DNA of 64,000 nt, from NCBI GenBank assembly GCA_964651735.1, contig CAZYYU010000004.1:141687-205686 (forward strand), in the 5' to 3' direction. Under the pieces are notes generated by a model. That model searched no databases. It was not told the DNA's origin and worked only from the letters and a program-made list of their open reading frames with translations. Below, one piece after another: positions 47,446 through 56,487 of the stretch. Position 1 is the first letter of the stretch. Each line of letters opens with the position of its first letter. This DNA comes from an uncultured Gammaproteobacteria bacterium. GTDB lineage: Bacteria > Pseudomonadota > Gammaproteobacteria > CAZYYU01. The translations under genes were made by a program, and so were the position numbers.

Positions 47446-50394
47446 ATGAGTTACAAACAAGAAAATAAAACTAAAGAAGGCAGTCTCACCATAGGTATTG
47501 ACACCTACCTCAGATTGATTAAGTGGAGTTTATTTAAATTAGTTAAGCCCTACAAAGGTAGTGCCAAAGCTTATTTGAAAAAATTAATGCGTGGAAGGAG
47601 CAAGCATTTTCATCGGCTACTTGGTGAAAATTATCATGCTTTTAGGAAGCAATGTACTGAGATAATTGATTTAAGTAGTAGAGCACCCACTTTTTTGAGC
47701 GTAGTAGAATTAGAACAAGGGTGTTTGTCACTTCAGAAAAGTATTGATCAAGCAGGTTCCGAGGATACTTCGACATTTGTTGCAGAACTTCAAAAGAAGC
47801 ATGAACGGCTAAAGAATGTTGATGAGAAGTTGATCGCACAACGAAACAAACTTGCTAAGCTTCTCGATGTAAATCCGTGTGAAGTTTACAAAGGGGAAAT
47901 AGTCTCTTTTTCTGGAAGTAGAGAAGATTTATTAGCACAAATTTTTTGTCTAGATCCTGCTAAACTTCTGATGTCATCGATGAACGCTACAGGGTTTAGC
48001 GCTATTTCGGTAGCATCAAGTTTAGCGATTTGGCGAGTCATGAAAATTTTCTTAGATCAATTATTTTTTTCAACCGACAGCCCTAGCACGTTTTATATGA
48101 TGGAATTTCGTCGACATTATTTCACTACAGAAGCTTTTCGCAAGCTATGTCCCAATTTTGATCAGAGTCAAGCATTCCTGAGCCCATTTTCTGGAACAAC
48201 TCAGATAAGAATTAAAGATGACTACTTTTTTCGTAAAGGGTTATTCAATTATTGCTTAAAAAACGTGATAACAGTGAGTTATTCTTTATTACCTTTTGGG
48301 TTTTTTAAAGATTTTTTATTAGAACACAAAAATATTTTAGATCATCCTGTTAATGATTCTAAGACAAGAATGTTGATGTGTGTTGCAGCCGATGGTCGAG
48401 TGGATGTCTGTGAATTTTTACTTGAGAATGGAGTGTCACCCTATGAATCCGATGAAATGGGATTATGCGCATTGCACTGTGCAATCTTGTCTCCACTGAA
48501 TGAAAAAAACACGATCAGGTTGTTGACTAAAATGCTATTTCTTGGTGGTGAAATTAGAGATGCGTATTTTGGCAATCACAACTTAGCGGAGATTGCCCTC
48601 ATATGTAAAAAAACAGGGGTAGCTATTTGGTTAGAACAAGAACTCAAATTAGTGAATAAAAAGCGCAACCGTACACTACTGACTACAGCCTTATTTAAAG
48701 GAGATAATTTATCAATCGCATCAATAATCAATTCAAAAACTATTGTTAGGTCATCTGATCTGCGTTTAACAATCACTTTTCGAAATACAAAAATGTTTCC
48801 GATAATATTTGAAAAATGGTTTTCATCACAAGAAAATAGTCCTATCATCGAAACTCTAAAGATAATATTAAATAGAGCGGTAACCGATAATCTGCCGAGC
48901 TGTGTAGAATACATTATTAAAAATTCTAGACCTGAAGATAAGTTTGACCTCCTGAATTATGCATTCTTAATTGCAATTAGTGTTGGCAATTTTACGATGG
49001 CATTACTTCTGCTCGAATTAGGTGCCAGTCCTAACGCTCATTTTCATGATGATAAATATCCTTTATATAAAGCGGTCCAAGCAGGTAGTAAAAAGCTTGT
49101 TAATGCCCTCATTAAACATAAAGATCTGCTGTTAGATAAGGCTTTTCCAAATAATGATTTATTACAGCATGCTATTCGCTTTGAGCATCCACATCTTGTG
49201 GCAATGTTGATTATTGAATTTCACTATTTAGATAAAGACCCAAATAATACAAATTACATATTTCGAGAAATTCTAGAAACGATGCCTATACTTAGCTTGG
49301 TACAAGCTTGTCTACGTCATGGTATTGATCTGGATAAGCAACAAGGTATGACGGCATTAGCTTTCGCTATATATCATGATCTACCGCTGGATGTACTAAG
49401 ATTGATCGCTGAACATTCAAAGGAAATTATTGATCATATCGCCACTATTGGTGAAAGGACTTATACATTAGTAGAGCTTTTTATGTTTCATAGCGATAAA
49501 AATACTTTGTGTGATATGCTAACTGAGCTTGGCTTTATAAAAAAAGTAGAGCCAACTCTCAAGCCTAATAATTCACTCAACTTTGAAATCGCCATCATTC
49601 AAGCTTTAAGAAAAACAAAAATCCCGCCCGCAGATCAATTACTACTACAAGAACGATTAGTTAAAGAATCAGATATCAGAATAGAAATACTCCATGAACA
49701 CCCAATTATTGTTTCATATCAAACACAACGAAATAAAGTATTAGGTGATATTTCTAACACGGATATCGTATTATCTTCTGAGCAGCAAGCTAATATCCCT
49801 CTGAGTGGATTAGAAAGAAGATTAGACCGTTATCGTGAAGCCAATTTACCTAAATTAATTAAACAAAATTCAATATCAAAACTATCATTTTTCAGCCAAC
49901 AACAAGAAAATGTTTGCTATCCAGGGAAACTGAGTTTCGGACTTCTTTCAAAGCATTTTTGTTTAGTTCCCATCAGAAAAACTGATCTGAGCATGTGCTT
50001 AGTCTCCGATAAACTTGATGAGATAATGTCTGATTATAATAAATATCATTTTCATTTAAACCCCTTTCTGCATATTTTTGAAAAGCCCTGCCTCGCAAAT
50101 CAAGAAGGGTTGAAGTCTATCCGACAAATGGGTTTGAGTGCGAAATTTACTCTGAATGGTACTGAGAAAATCTTTCCTATCGTTTATGAGATGAAAACAA
50201 AAAGTACTGCCGATCGTATTTTAGTCGCTGAAATGATTCCTGAAAATGGGATGGGAACCGTCATATTAATGCCTGTATGCCTCGTTAAAAAAGGATTTCA
50301 TAATAATAAATATAATTCAATTTCCATCTATCAAGGCGGTGATCTTAAGATACTAAGCCAAAATGAAGCATCATCCAACTTAGATTGTGCTTAA
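47446..50394 (+). CDS. Large ankyrin-repeat protein (effector-like)
   Basis: Ankyrin units, e.g. MLMCVAADGRVDVCEFLLENGVSP...GLCALHCAI and PLYKAVQAGSKKLVNALIKH, LLQHAIRFEHPHLVAMLI. 982 aa with no other recognisable domain. Confidence 0.75.
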   Translation: MSYKQENKTKEGSLTIGIDTYLRLIKWSLFKLVKPYKGSAKAYLKKLMRGRSKHFHRLLGENYHAFRKQCTEIIDLSSRAPTFLSVVELEQGCLSLQKSIDQAGSEDTSTFVAELQKKHERLKNVDEKLIAQRNKLAKLLDVNPCEVYKGEIVSFSGSREDLLAQIFCLDPAKLLMSSMNATGFSAISVASSLAIWRVMKIFLDQLFFSTDSPSTFYMMEFRRHYFTTEAFRKLCPNFDQSQAFLSPFSGTTQIRIKDDYFFRKGLFNYCLKNVITVSYSLLPFGFFKDFLLEHKNILDHPVNDSKTRMLMCVAADGRVDVCEFLLENGVSPYESDEMGLCALHCAILSPLNEKNTIRLLTKMLFLGGEIRDAYFGNHNLAEIALICKKTGVAIWLEQELKLVNKKRNRTLLTTALFKGDNLSIASIINSKTIVRSSDLRLTITFRNTKMFPIIFEKWFSSQENSPIIETLKIILNRAVTDNLPSCVEYIIKNSRPEDKFDLLNYAFLIAISVGNFTMALLLLELGASPNAHFHDDKYPLYKAVQAGSKKLVNALIKHKDLLLDKAFPNNDLLQHAIRFEHPHLVAMLIIEFHYLDKDPNNTNYIFREILETMPILSLVQACLRHGIDLDKQQGMTALAFAIYHDLPLDVLRLIAEHSKEIIDHIATIGERTYTLVELFMFHSDKNTLCDMLTELGFIKKVEPTLKPNNSLNFEIAIIQALRKTKIPPADQLLLQERLVKESDIRIEILHEHPIIVSYQTQRNKVLGDISNTDIVLSSEQQANIPLSGLERRLDRYREANLPKLIKQNSISKLSFFSQQQENVCYPGKLSFGLLSKHFCLVPIRKTDLSMCLVSDKLDEIMSDYNKYHFHLNPFLHIFEKPCLANQEGLKSIRQMGLSAKFTLNGTEKIFPIVYEMKTKSTADRILVAEMIPENGMGTVILMPVCLVKKGFHNNKYNSISIYQGGDLKILSQNEASSNLDCA

Positions 50395-50403
50395 GTTTTA
50401 GTT

Positions 50404-51651
50404 TTAGGGTCTAATTTGACCATCACCATAAATAATCCATTTATAGCTGCAAAGCGCATCCAGACCCATTGGGCCTCGTGCATGAAGTTTTTGAGTGCTA
50501 ATTCCAATTTCCGCGCCCATGCCAAACTGTGCTCCATCAGTAAATGCAGTGGATGCATTTACATAAACGGCTGCTGCATCTATTCTTGAAAGAAAATAAT
50601 CAATGGTTTTTTGATCTTCAGCAATGATAGCTTCACTGTGCGCCGAGCTGTGATTCATGATATGTGATACTGCTTGTTCTACTGAAGAAACTGTTTTAAT
50701 CGCTAATTTATAAGATAAAAATTCTCTGCCAAAATCTTCAGGTTTCACGTGATGTAATAATGGTTTTGGATAGAGAGGGGCGAGTATTGCATAACTTTCT
50801 TGGTCTGCGAAAATTTCTACCTTATGCTGTACGAGTAGTTCTACAAGTTTAAATAAATCATCGAGTCGATTTTTATGAATAATCAAACAATCTAAAGCGT
50901 TACATACACTCACTCTCCGTGTTTTAGCATTATTGATAATGAGTCGTCCTTTCGTCAGATCTCCGCTAGCATCAAAATAAGTATGAACAATACCAGCACC
51001 GGTTTCTATGACAGGAATTTTTGCATTTTCTCTGACAAAATTAATTAATGATTGACTGCCTCTGGGAATACACACATCCACTAAACCTGTGGCATGTAAT
51101 AAAATGAGTGAATCTTCTCGGTTTGGGGGCAATAAAAGGAGACTGCTGCTATTGAGATTATACTCTGCTAAAACCTGATGTATCATGTCAACTAATGCCA
51201 CGTTAGTATGATAAGCTTCTTTGCCACCTTTTAAAATGCAGGCATTTCCTGTTTTAAAACACAGAGTAAATACATCGATAGTGACATTAGGTCTGGATTC
51301 ATAGATCACGGCAACTACACCAAGTGGGACTGTAATTTTCTCTAGGTTTAATCCATTTTCTAGTGTTTTTTGCTCTAATTTTTTGTTCAATGGGGATTTT
51401 AGTCTAATCACAGATTCTATATCGTCTGCGATTGAAAAGATTCGTGTTTTTGAAAGCAGTAGTCGATCATACATTGGATTTTCTTCAGACATTTGAGCAA
51501 TATCTTTGGCGTTTTCAGTGAGAATAGCATTAAAATCCTTGCGTAATTTTTGTGCAAGAGATTGTAGTATCGAATTTCGTTGACTATCTTCTAGAAATCC
51601 TAGTTGAATACTAGAAAATTTAGTTTTTTTGATGTCATCAATAATATTCAT
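50404..51651 (-). CDS. proA: Gamma-glutamyl phosphate reductase
   Basis: 415 aa, aldehyde-dehydrogenase fold. VCNALDCLIIH catalytic Cys region. Confidence 0.9.
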   Translation of the reverse strand: MNIIDDIKKTKFSSIQLGFLEDSQRNSILQSLAQKLRKDFNAILTENAKDIAQMSEENPMYDRLLLSKTRIFSIADDIESVIRLKSPLNKKLEQKTLENGLNLEKITVPLGVVAVIYESRPNVTIDVFTLCFKTGNACILKGGKEAYHTNVALVDMIHQVLAEYNLNSSSLLLLPPNREDSLILLHATGLVDVCIPRGSQSLINFVRENAKIPVIETGAGIVHTYFDASGDLTKGRLIINNAKTRRVSVCNALDCLIIHKNRLDDLFKLVELLVQHKVEIFADQESYAILAPLYPKPLLHHVKPEDFGREFLSYKLAIKTVSSVEQAVSHIMNHSSAHSEAIIAEDQKTIDYFLSRIDAAAVYVNASTAFTDGAQFGMGAEIGISTQKLHARGPMGLDALCSYKWIIYGDGQIRP

Positions 51652-51659
51652 AAGATTTA

Positions 51660-52733
51660 TTACTCAAAAATGTGGAGATGATCGTAATGAATAAATACGG
51701 GTTTATTTTTTTTAGTAAAAAAGTCTTTTAATTTATTGGAATCGTATTTTGCAATTCCAATGCCAATTTTTTTTAAACGTGGTGAAATAATATCCACAGT
51801 GTCACCTTTTTTGAAGTCACCTCTGCATTGTTCTATACCTACCGGTAATATGCTAATGACGCGTTTATTTTCTTTTAAAATATCGTATAAGCAGGAATTG
51901 ATAGTGATGGAGCCCGATGATTGTTTAGTATTATAAGCTATCCATCGTTTAATATTAGATTTCTTTTTGGAGGGTAAGATAGTAGTGCCTAATGTATCAC
52001 CACTTATGAGTTTGATGAGGACTGCATCTTGATCAATGCTAGCAATATGTGTGGTAATTCCTAAGCCAGACATTTTTCGAGCTGTACCAATTTTACTAAT
52101 CATCCCACCTCGGCCATGGGTGCTTTTTGTACTAGAAATATTGGGCCATCCTTTTTTAGGATCAATCACTGAAATCAGTTCAGAGTGTTTATCACGAGGA
52201 TCACCCGTATAAACACCTTTAACGTTGCTTAAAATAATGAGTTTATCTGCATCAATCTGTGCAGCAATGAGACCTGCAAGCTCATCATTATCGGTAAACA
52301 TCAATTCTTCAATAGCCACACTGTCATTTTCATTAATGATGGGAATAATGTTTGTGTGATCTAAAATTTCACTGAGCAAACGAGAGATATTTAAATAATG
52401 TTGCCTCGTGTGAAAATCTTGCTTTGTGAGTAGGAGCTGGGAGGCAAGTATTTTATGTTGTCTGAATAAGCGAGCATATACGTGCATCAGTTCATGTTGG
52501 CCTAAGGAAGCAAGCACTTGTTTTTCACCAATAGAAGACCCATATTCTCGGCTCAACATTTCTCGTGCAGTTTTACGTCCAAAACCAACAGCGCCTGAAC
52601 TGACTAAGACAACTTGATGATGTTGTTCTTGTAAGCTAACAATCTGCTCAACCAGATTTTTAATCACTGACTCGTGTGGAGTACCATCATTTGATAATAT
52701 ACTCTGAGTACCTACTTTAACTACTATTTTCAT
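51660..52733 (-). CDS. proB: Glutamate 5-kinase (with PUA domain)
   Basis: MKIVVKVGTQSIL..., VLVSSGAVGFG. C-terminal PUA-like region. The ATG at 52733 lies 1 nt after the upstream gene's stop. The track start at 52889 overlaps that gene. Confidence 0.9.
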   Translation of the reverse strand: MKIVVKVGTQSILSNDGTPHESVIKNLVEQIVSLQEQHHQVVLVSSGAVGFGRKTAREMLSREYGSSIGEKQVLASLGQHELMHVYARLFRQHKILASQLLLTKQDFHTRQHYLNISRLLSEILDHTNIIPIINENDSVAIEELMFTDNDELAGLIAAQIDADKLIILSNVKGVYTGDPRDKHSELISVIDPKKGWPNISSTKSTHGRGGMISKIGTARKMSGLGITTHIASIDQDAVLIKLISGDTLGTTILPSKKKSNIKRWIAYNTKQSSGSITINSCLYDILKENKRVISILPVGIEQCRGDFKKGDTVDIISPRLKKIGIGIAKYDSNKLKDFFTKKNKPVFIHYDHLHIFE

Positions 52734-52734
52734 C

Positions 52735-53490
52735 TTATTTCCTACATTCATACACAAGCATCTCATCTTTTTCATCATATGAAGCATCTCGATCAAAAAT
52801 CTTAAATATTTTGATCTCTCTAAACCCTGTTTCTTCAAGCAGTTGAGTGAGGGTTTCAGGGTCATACATTCTGACTTTATAATCTTCAATTTCAGTTTTT
52901 ATAATTTGGTTTTGGTCAATCAGTTCATATTTCATGATGGAGTGACGAATATTTTCTCGATCAGGTAGTGTCAGTGTATTGAGAATAATTAATTTTCCAT
53001 CTTCACGGTGAAATAAGCTGCCTGTCCAAACTCTGGGCTGTGGTAATTTCCATTTAGGAGTGGCTGTATCAAAAACAAATACGCCATTCTCATCCAGATG
53101 CTCATAAATATTTTTGAGAGAAGCTTTTGCTTTTTCCATTTCAACAATCAAACAAAATGAAATATTTGCAATAAAAATTAATTTGTATTGCTCAGGTTTT
53201 TTTAAATCTTCTACAAAGCCTTTCCACACCTTTGGCTTGAGTTTTTTTGTTTTTGCTTTTTCCTCTAATGATTGGAGCATATAATCACTGGCATCGAAGC
53301 CATGAACATCAAAACCTTCTTCTAATAGAGAAAGCAAATAACAACCTGAGCCACACATGGGTTCTAAAATTGGGCCATCGGCTTCTTTTGCATAAGATCG
53401 AAATAATGCATAAGGGTCTTTGTTTGGAGTGGGTTGTATTAAGTCATAAACCTGGGTGTGAAGGTCAAGATAGGTGGCAAGCGATTTCAT
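52735..53490 (-). CDS. Class I SAM-dependent methyltransferase
   Basis: ILEPMCGSGCYLL motif I and DVHGFDAS motif II. Confidence 0.75.
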   Translation of the reverse strand: MKSLATYLDLHTQVYDLIQPTPNKDPYALFRSYAKEADGPILEPMCGSGCYLLSLLEEGFDVHGFDASDYMLQSLEEKAKTKKLKPKVWKGFVEDLKKPEQYKLIFIANISFCLIVEMEKAKASLKNIYEHLDENGVFVFDTATPKWKLPQPRVWTGSLFHREDGKLIILNTLTLPDRENIRHSIMKYELIDQNQIIKTEIEDYKVRMYDPETLTQLLEETGFREIKIFKIFDRDASYDEKDEMLVYECRK

Positions 53491-54308
53491 AGCATTATTC
53501 CCAATTGCTTAAAAATATTTTTGGTCAAGGCATTACGTGCTTCTTCAGAAGCTTTTAAATCCGCAACAATACTTTTTAAATATGGATCATGGCTATCCAG
53601 TAAATCTGAATTATATTCAACATGCACGCCTGTTAAAACAACATGACCTTTACCGTAGGAGATAGAAATAATTGCAGGTAAATGATTTTGATAATATCCA
53701 AGGATTGAGACATTTTTGTATTTTTGAGCACGTTCAAAATAGCCACCACCATTGTAATAAACGATGACTTCTTTAAAGTGATCTGTATTCAGGGTTATTC
53801 GAGCTGCTCGTGAACCACTATTATTTTTATAATGATATTTTGCTAAAACTGGTCCAATAGCACTTCCTGGAAAAAACCCGAGTTCTCTTTCTCCTAACAC
53901 TTCTAGCTCACCACCTTTATCAAATTGCACATTGGCCGATCCATAGTATGCTCCTGCACAAATTCCCAGAAAAGCGCCTCCATTCCTCACGAAATTTTTA
54001 ATATTGTCATTTCCTTGCCCATTTAATTTTTTAAGGTAGGGTAGATCTGCCCCACCTGGCATGATAATCAGTGCTGCATTTTTCACCCAATTATTTTGAA
54101 TGACTTCAGAAGCCGTTATTTTTTGTGCTCGATAGTTTTTTGGTAAAATCGTTTTTAGATAAGAGAGGGTTTGTGTTAAAGATTCTTTACTGACTCCTTC
54201 ATCACTATAAACGTAGACAAGGTTTTTTTCATGTGATGGTATGGCGATAGTTGCTATGGGCATTATGCCGATGAATATAAAAAGAAGTAAGTGCGCTATT
54301 TTTTTCAT
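53487..54308 (-). CDS. Secreted glutamine-amidotransferase-like (BPL_N-type) protein
   Basis: Signal peptide. IMPGGADLPY and GGAFLGICAGAYY motifs. Confidence 0.6.
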   Translation of the reverse strand: MKKIAHLLLFIFIGIMPIATIAIPSHEKNLVYVYSDEGVSKESLTQTLSYLKTILPKNYRAQKITASEVIQNNWVKNAALIIMPGGADLPYLKKLNGQGNDNIKNFVRNGGAFLGICAGAYYGSANVQFDKGGELEVLGERELGFFPGSAIGPVLAKYHYKNNSGSRAARITLNTDHFKEVIVYYNGGGYFERAQKYKNVSILGYYQNHLPAIISISYGKGHVVLTGVHVEYNSDLLDSHDPYLKSIVADLKASEEARNALTKNIFKQLGIML

Positions 54309-54415
54309 TTACTGGCTCCAATGTGCTCATAAGGCCCTTTTTGAAAAGGCAGAGGTGTAGTATAATCCATTTTTACACTACTTGGCAGTGGTCTTAAGGT
54401 CCTTTGAGGAATTTT

Positions 54416-54877
54416 ATGCTTAGCGTTGAACAAATATCATCTGAACAAGCTGAAAAATTATGTCGAGAAATTACAGCAGATTTGCCAGAATATTTTGGGA
54501 TAGCAGAGGTCAATGAGCATTATGCAGCTGGTATACGTACCAATAATAATTTAGCTGCGAAAATAGATGAAAAGTACATAGGATTGTTAAGCTTAGAATT
54601 TCCTTATCCAAACAATGCTAACATATATTGGATGGGTGTTTTAGGTCATTATCACTCTCAGGGTGTTGGTTCTAAGCTTCTTGAAGTTGGATTTAAACTG
54701 GCAAAAGACAAGGGTGCAAAATCAATGACTGTTGAAACCTTAAGTCCGACGGAAGCAGATCAAAATTATTTAAAAACATATAAGTTCTATTTATCATCCG
54801 GTTTTGAACCTTTACTCAATCTGAAACCCCAAGGCTATGAGTGGAACATGGTTTACATGTTTAGAATGCTTAATTAG
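54416..54877 (+). CDS. GNAT acetyltransferase
   Basis: HSQGVGSKLLE motif A. The track start at 54404 is TTG; an ATG is at 54416. Confidence 0.7.
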   Translation: MLSVEQISSEQAEKLCREITADLPEYFGIAEVNEHYAAGIRTNNNLAAKIDEKYIGLLSLEFPYPNNANIYWMGVLGHYHSQGVGSKLLEVGFKLAKDKGAKSMTVETLSPTEADQNYLKTYKFYLSSGFEPLLNLKPQGYEWNMVYMFRMLN

Positions 54878-54879
54878 AA

Positions 54880-55590
54880 TTAAATTTTTAATAGATAATG
54901 TTTTCTCTGAGGCTCAGAAAATTTTTCGATAGCATAACGAAGCATTGTTCTTGGCATTTTACTTGAAAATTGGTCTAAAAAGTTCATAAGTTGTTTTTGG
55001 TCTCGTTTTCCTGCTTCACGTAACATCCATCCAACTGCTTTATGAATGAGATCGTGTGTATCATTCAGAAGTAGAGTGGATATTTTAAAGGTCCATTCTA
55101 GGTCATTATTTTTAATAAATTCCCAGGTTGAAACAATCGATATCCGACGTTCCCACATTATTTCTGATTTAGCTAATTTCAGTAGTGGGTTTCTGTTTTT
55201 ATCTTGCAAATGTGCACCAATAATAAGATGTGCTGAAGCGTCCACTAGATTCCAATTGTTGATGTATTCCAAGTTGTTTAAATAAAACTGATAAATTACC
55301 TCTTTGTGTTTAAGAGTAGTTTTTTTGTATTGAGACACTAAAATAATGAGTGCTAACAATCGTTGTTCATTGATTTTTGATTGTAAAAGACATTGAATTT
55401 CATCTCTTGTAATTCCTATAAAATCTTTTGCTATTTTACGTAAAGTGGGAACGCTGACACCAATAAATTGATCATGTTCAGCATATTGACCAGGTCCCGT
55501 TTTAAAAAATATAGCCGCTTTTTCGGATGATTTTTTTGAAGATTGTTGGAGTAGAGATTTTAATTGTGAAATATTTTTGGTATCTATCAT
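54880..55590 (-). CDS. DNA alkylation repair protein (AlkD/AlkC-like HEAT-repeat glycosylase family)
   Basis: FFKTGPGQYAEHDQFIGVSVPTLRKIAK, NNWNLVD, WERRISIV. The ATG at 55590 lies 1 nt downstream of the upstream stop. The track start at 55668 overlaps the upstream gene. Confidence 0.75.
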   Translation of the reverse strand: MIDTKNISQLKSLLQQSSKKSSEKAAIFFKTGPGQYAEHDQFIGVSVPTLRKIAKDFIGITRDEIQCLLQSKINEQRLLALIILVSQYKKTTLKHKEVIYQFYLNNLEYINNWNLVDASAHLIIGAHLQDKNRNPLLKLAKSEIMWERRISIVSTWEFIKNNDLEWTFKISTLLLNDTHDLIHKAVGWMLREAGKRDQKQLMNFLDQFSSKMPRTMLRYAIEKFSEPQRKHYLLKI

Positions 55591-55591
55591 A

Positions 55592-56242
55592 TTATTTCCA
55601 TTTTCGTTCATGATCGATGAGCCATTTTTTGCGTGAAATACCACCACCATAACCGCCCAAATCTCCATTTTTATTGATGATACGATGACAAGGAATCACA
55701 ATCGCTAATTGATTCGCTCCATTAGCATTAGCTACTGCGCGGTAGGCAGTTTGTTTTCCAATGCCTATGGCTTGATCATGATAGCTTCGTGTTTGACCGT
55801 AGGGGATACGCATTAACTCCTCCCAAACTAGTTTTTGAAAAGGGCTACCCATAATATGAATCGGAGTTTTAAATGATTTCAGTGCGCCATCAAAATATAA
55901 CTTAAGTTCTGCGTTAATTGATGCAATTGGAGAGGTATCACCTGGAATTATAGATACCTTAGTTTTAGACCGGAGTTTTTCAATTTCTCGTTCTAAACCA
56001 CGCCTCTCTACAAATTCCAATAGATACAATGCCTCTTCGTCAGAAATAGCCAGCATCGGCCCAAGCGGTGTATCAATCCAAGACGCTTTGAGCACCTTGT
56101 AATGTTGATCCACATCGCTGGGTGCAGTACCCATAATTTTGGAAAATGCATCACGAAAACCGCTACTGGATTCATATCCCACATTAAGCTGCGTATCAAT
56201 GACTTTCTCACCACTTCGAATTTGTTTCATAGCAATCCCCAT
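55592..56242 (-). CDS. Methylated-DNA-protein-cysteine methyltransferase with a half AraC HTH (N-terminally short Ada-like protein)
   Basis: IPCHRIINKNG active site and an Ogt N-terminal domain. Residues 1-45 correspond only to the second HTH of an AraC/Ada domain (VGYESSSGFRDAFSKIMGTAPS). An in-frame TAG lies about 10 codons upstream of the start. Confidence 0.8.
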   Translation of the reverse strand: MGIAMKQIRSGEKVIDTQLNVGYESSSGFRDAFSKIMGTAPSDVDQHYKVLKASWIDTPLGPMLAISDEEALYLLEFVERRGLEREIEKLRSKTKVSIIPGDTSPIASINAELKLYFDGALKSFKTPIHIMGSPFQKLVWEELMRIPYGQTRSYHDQAIGIGKQTAYRAVANANGANQLAIVIPCHRIINKNGDLGGYGGGISRKKWLIDHERKWK

Positions 56243-56487
56243 TCGTATACTAACTATATAGATTTTAACCTAAGACACAACAATAAATCAGGCATCGCCC
56301 GTGTGTGGCTTAACTTATTAGCCGAAAATGCGTATTCCATCACTTCAAATATATAAATATTGATTGAGATACCCTTGAAATTAACAATGACAATCCTGAT
56401 ACTATTTGGATATGCAGATGGACAGTTATGATTGAGTTAAGTAAAATGATGCACTCTTATTTATAATTCTGTGGGCAAGAGATTTAT

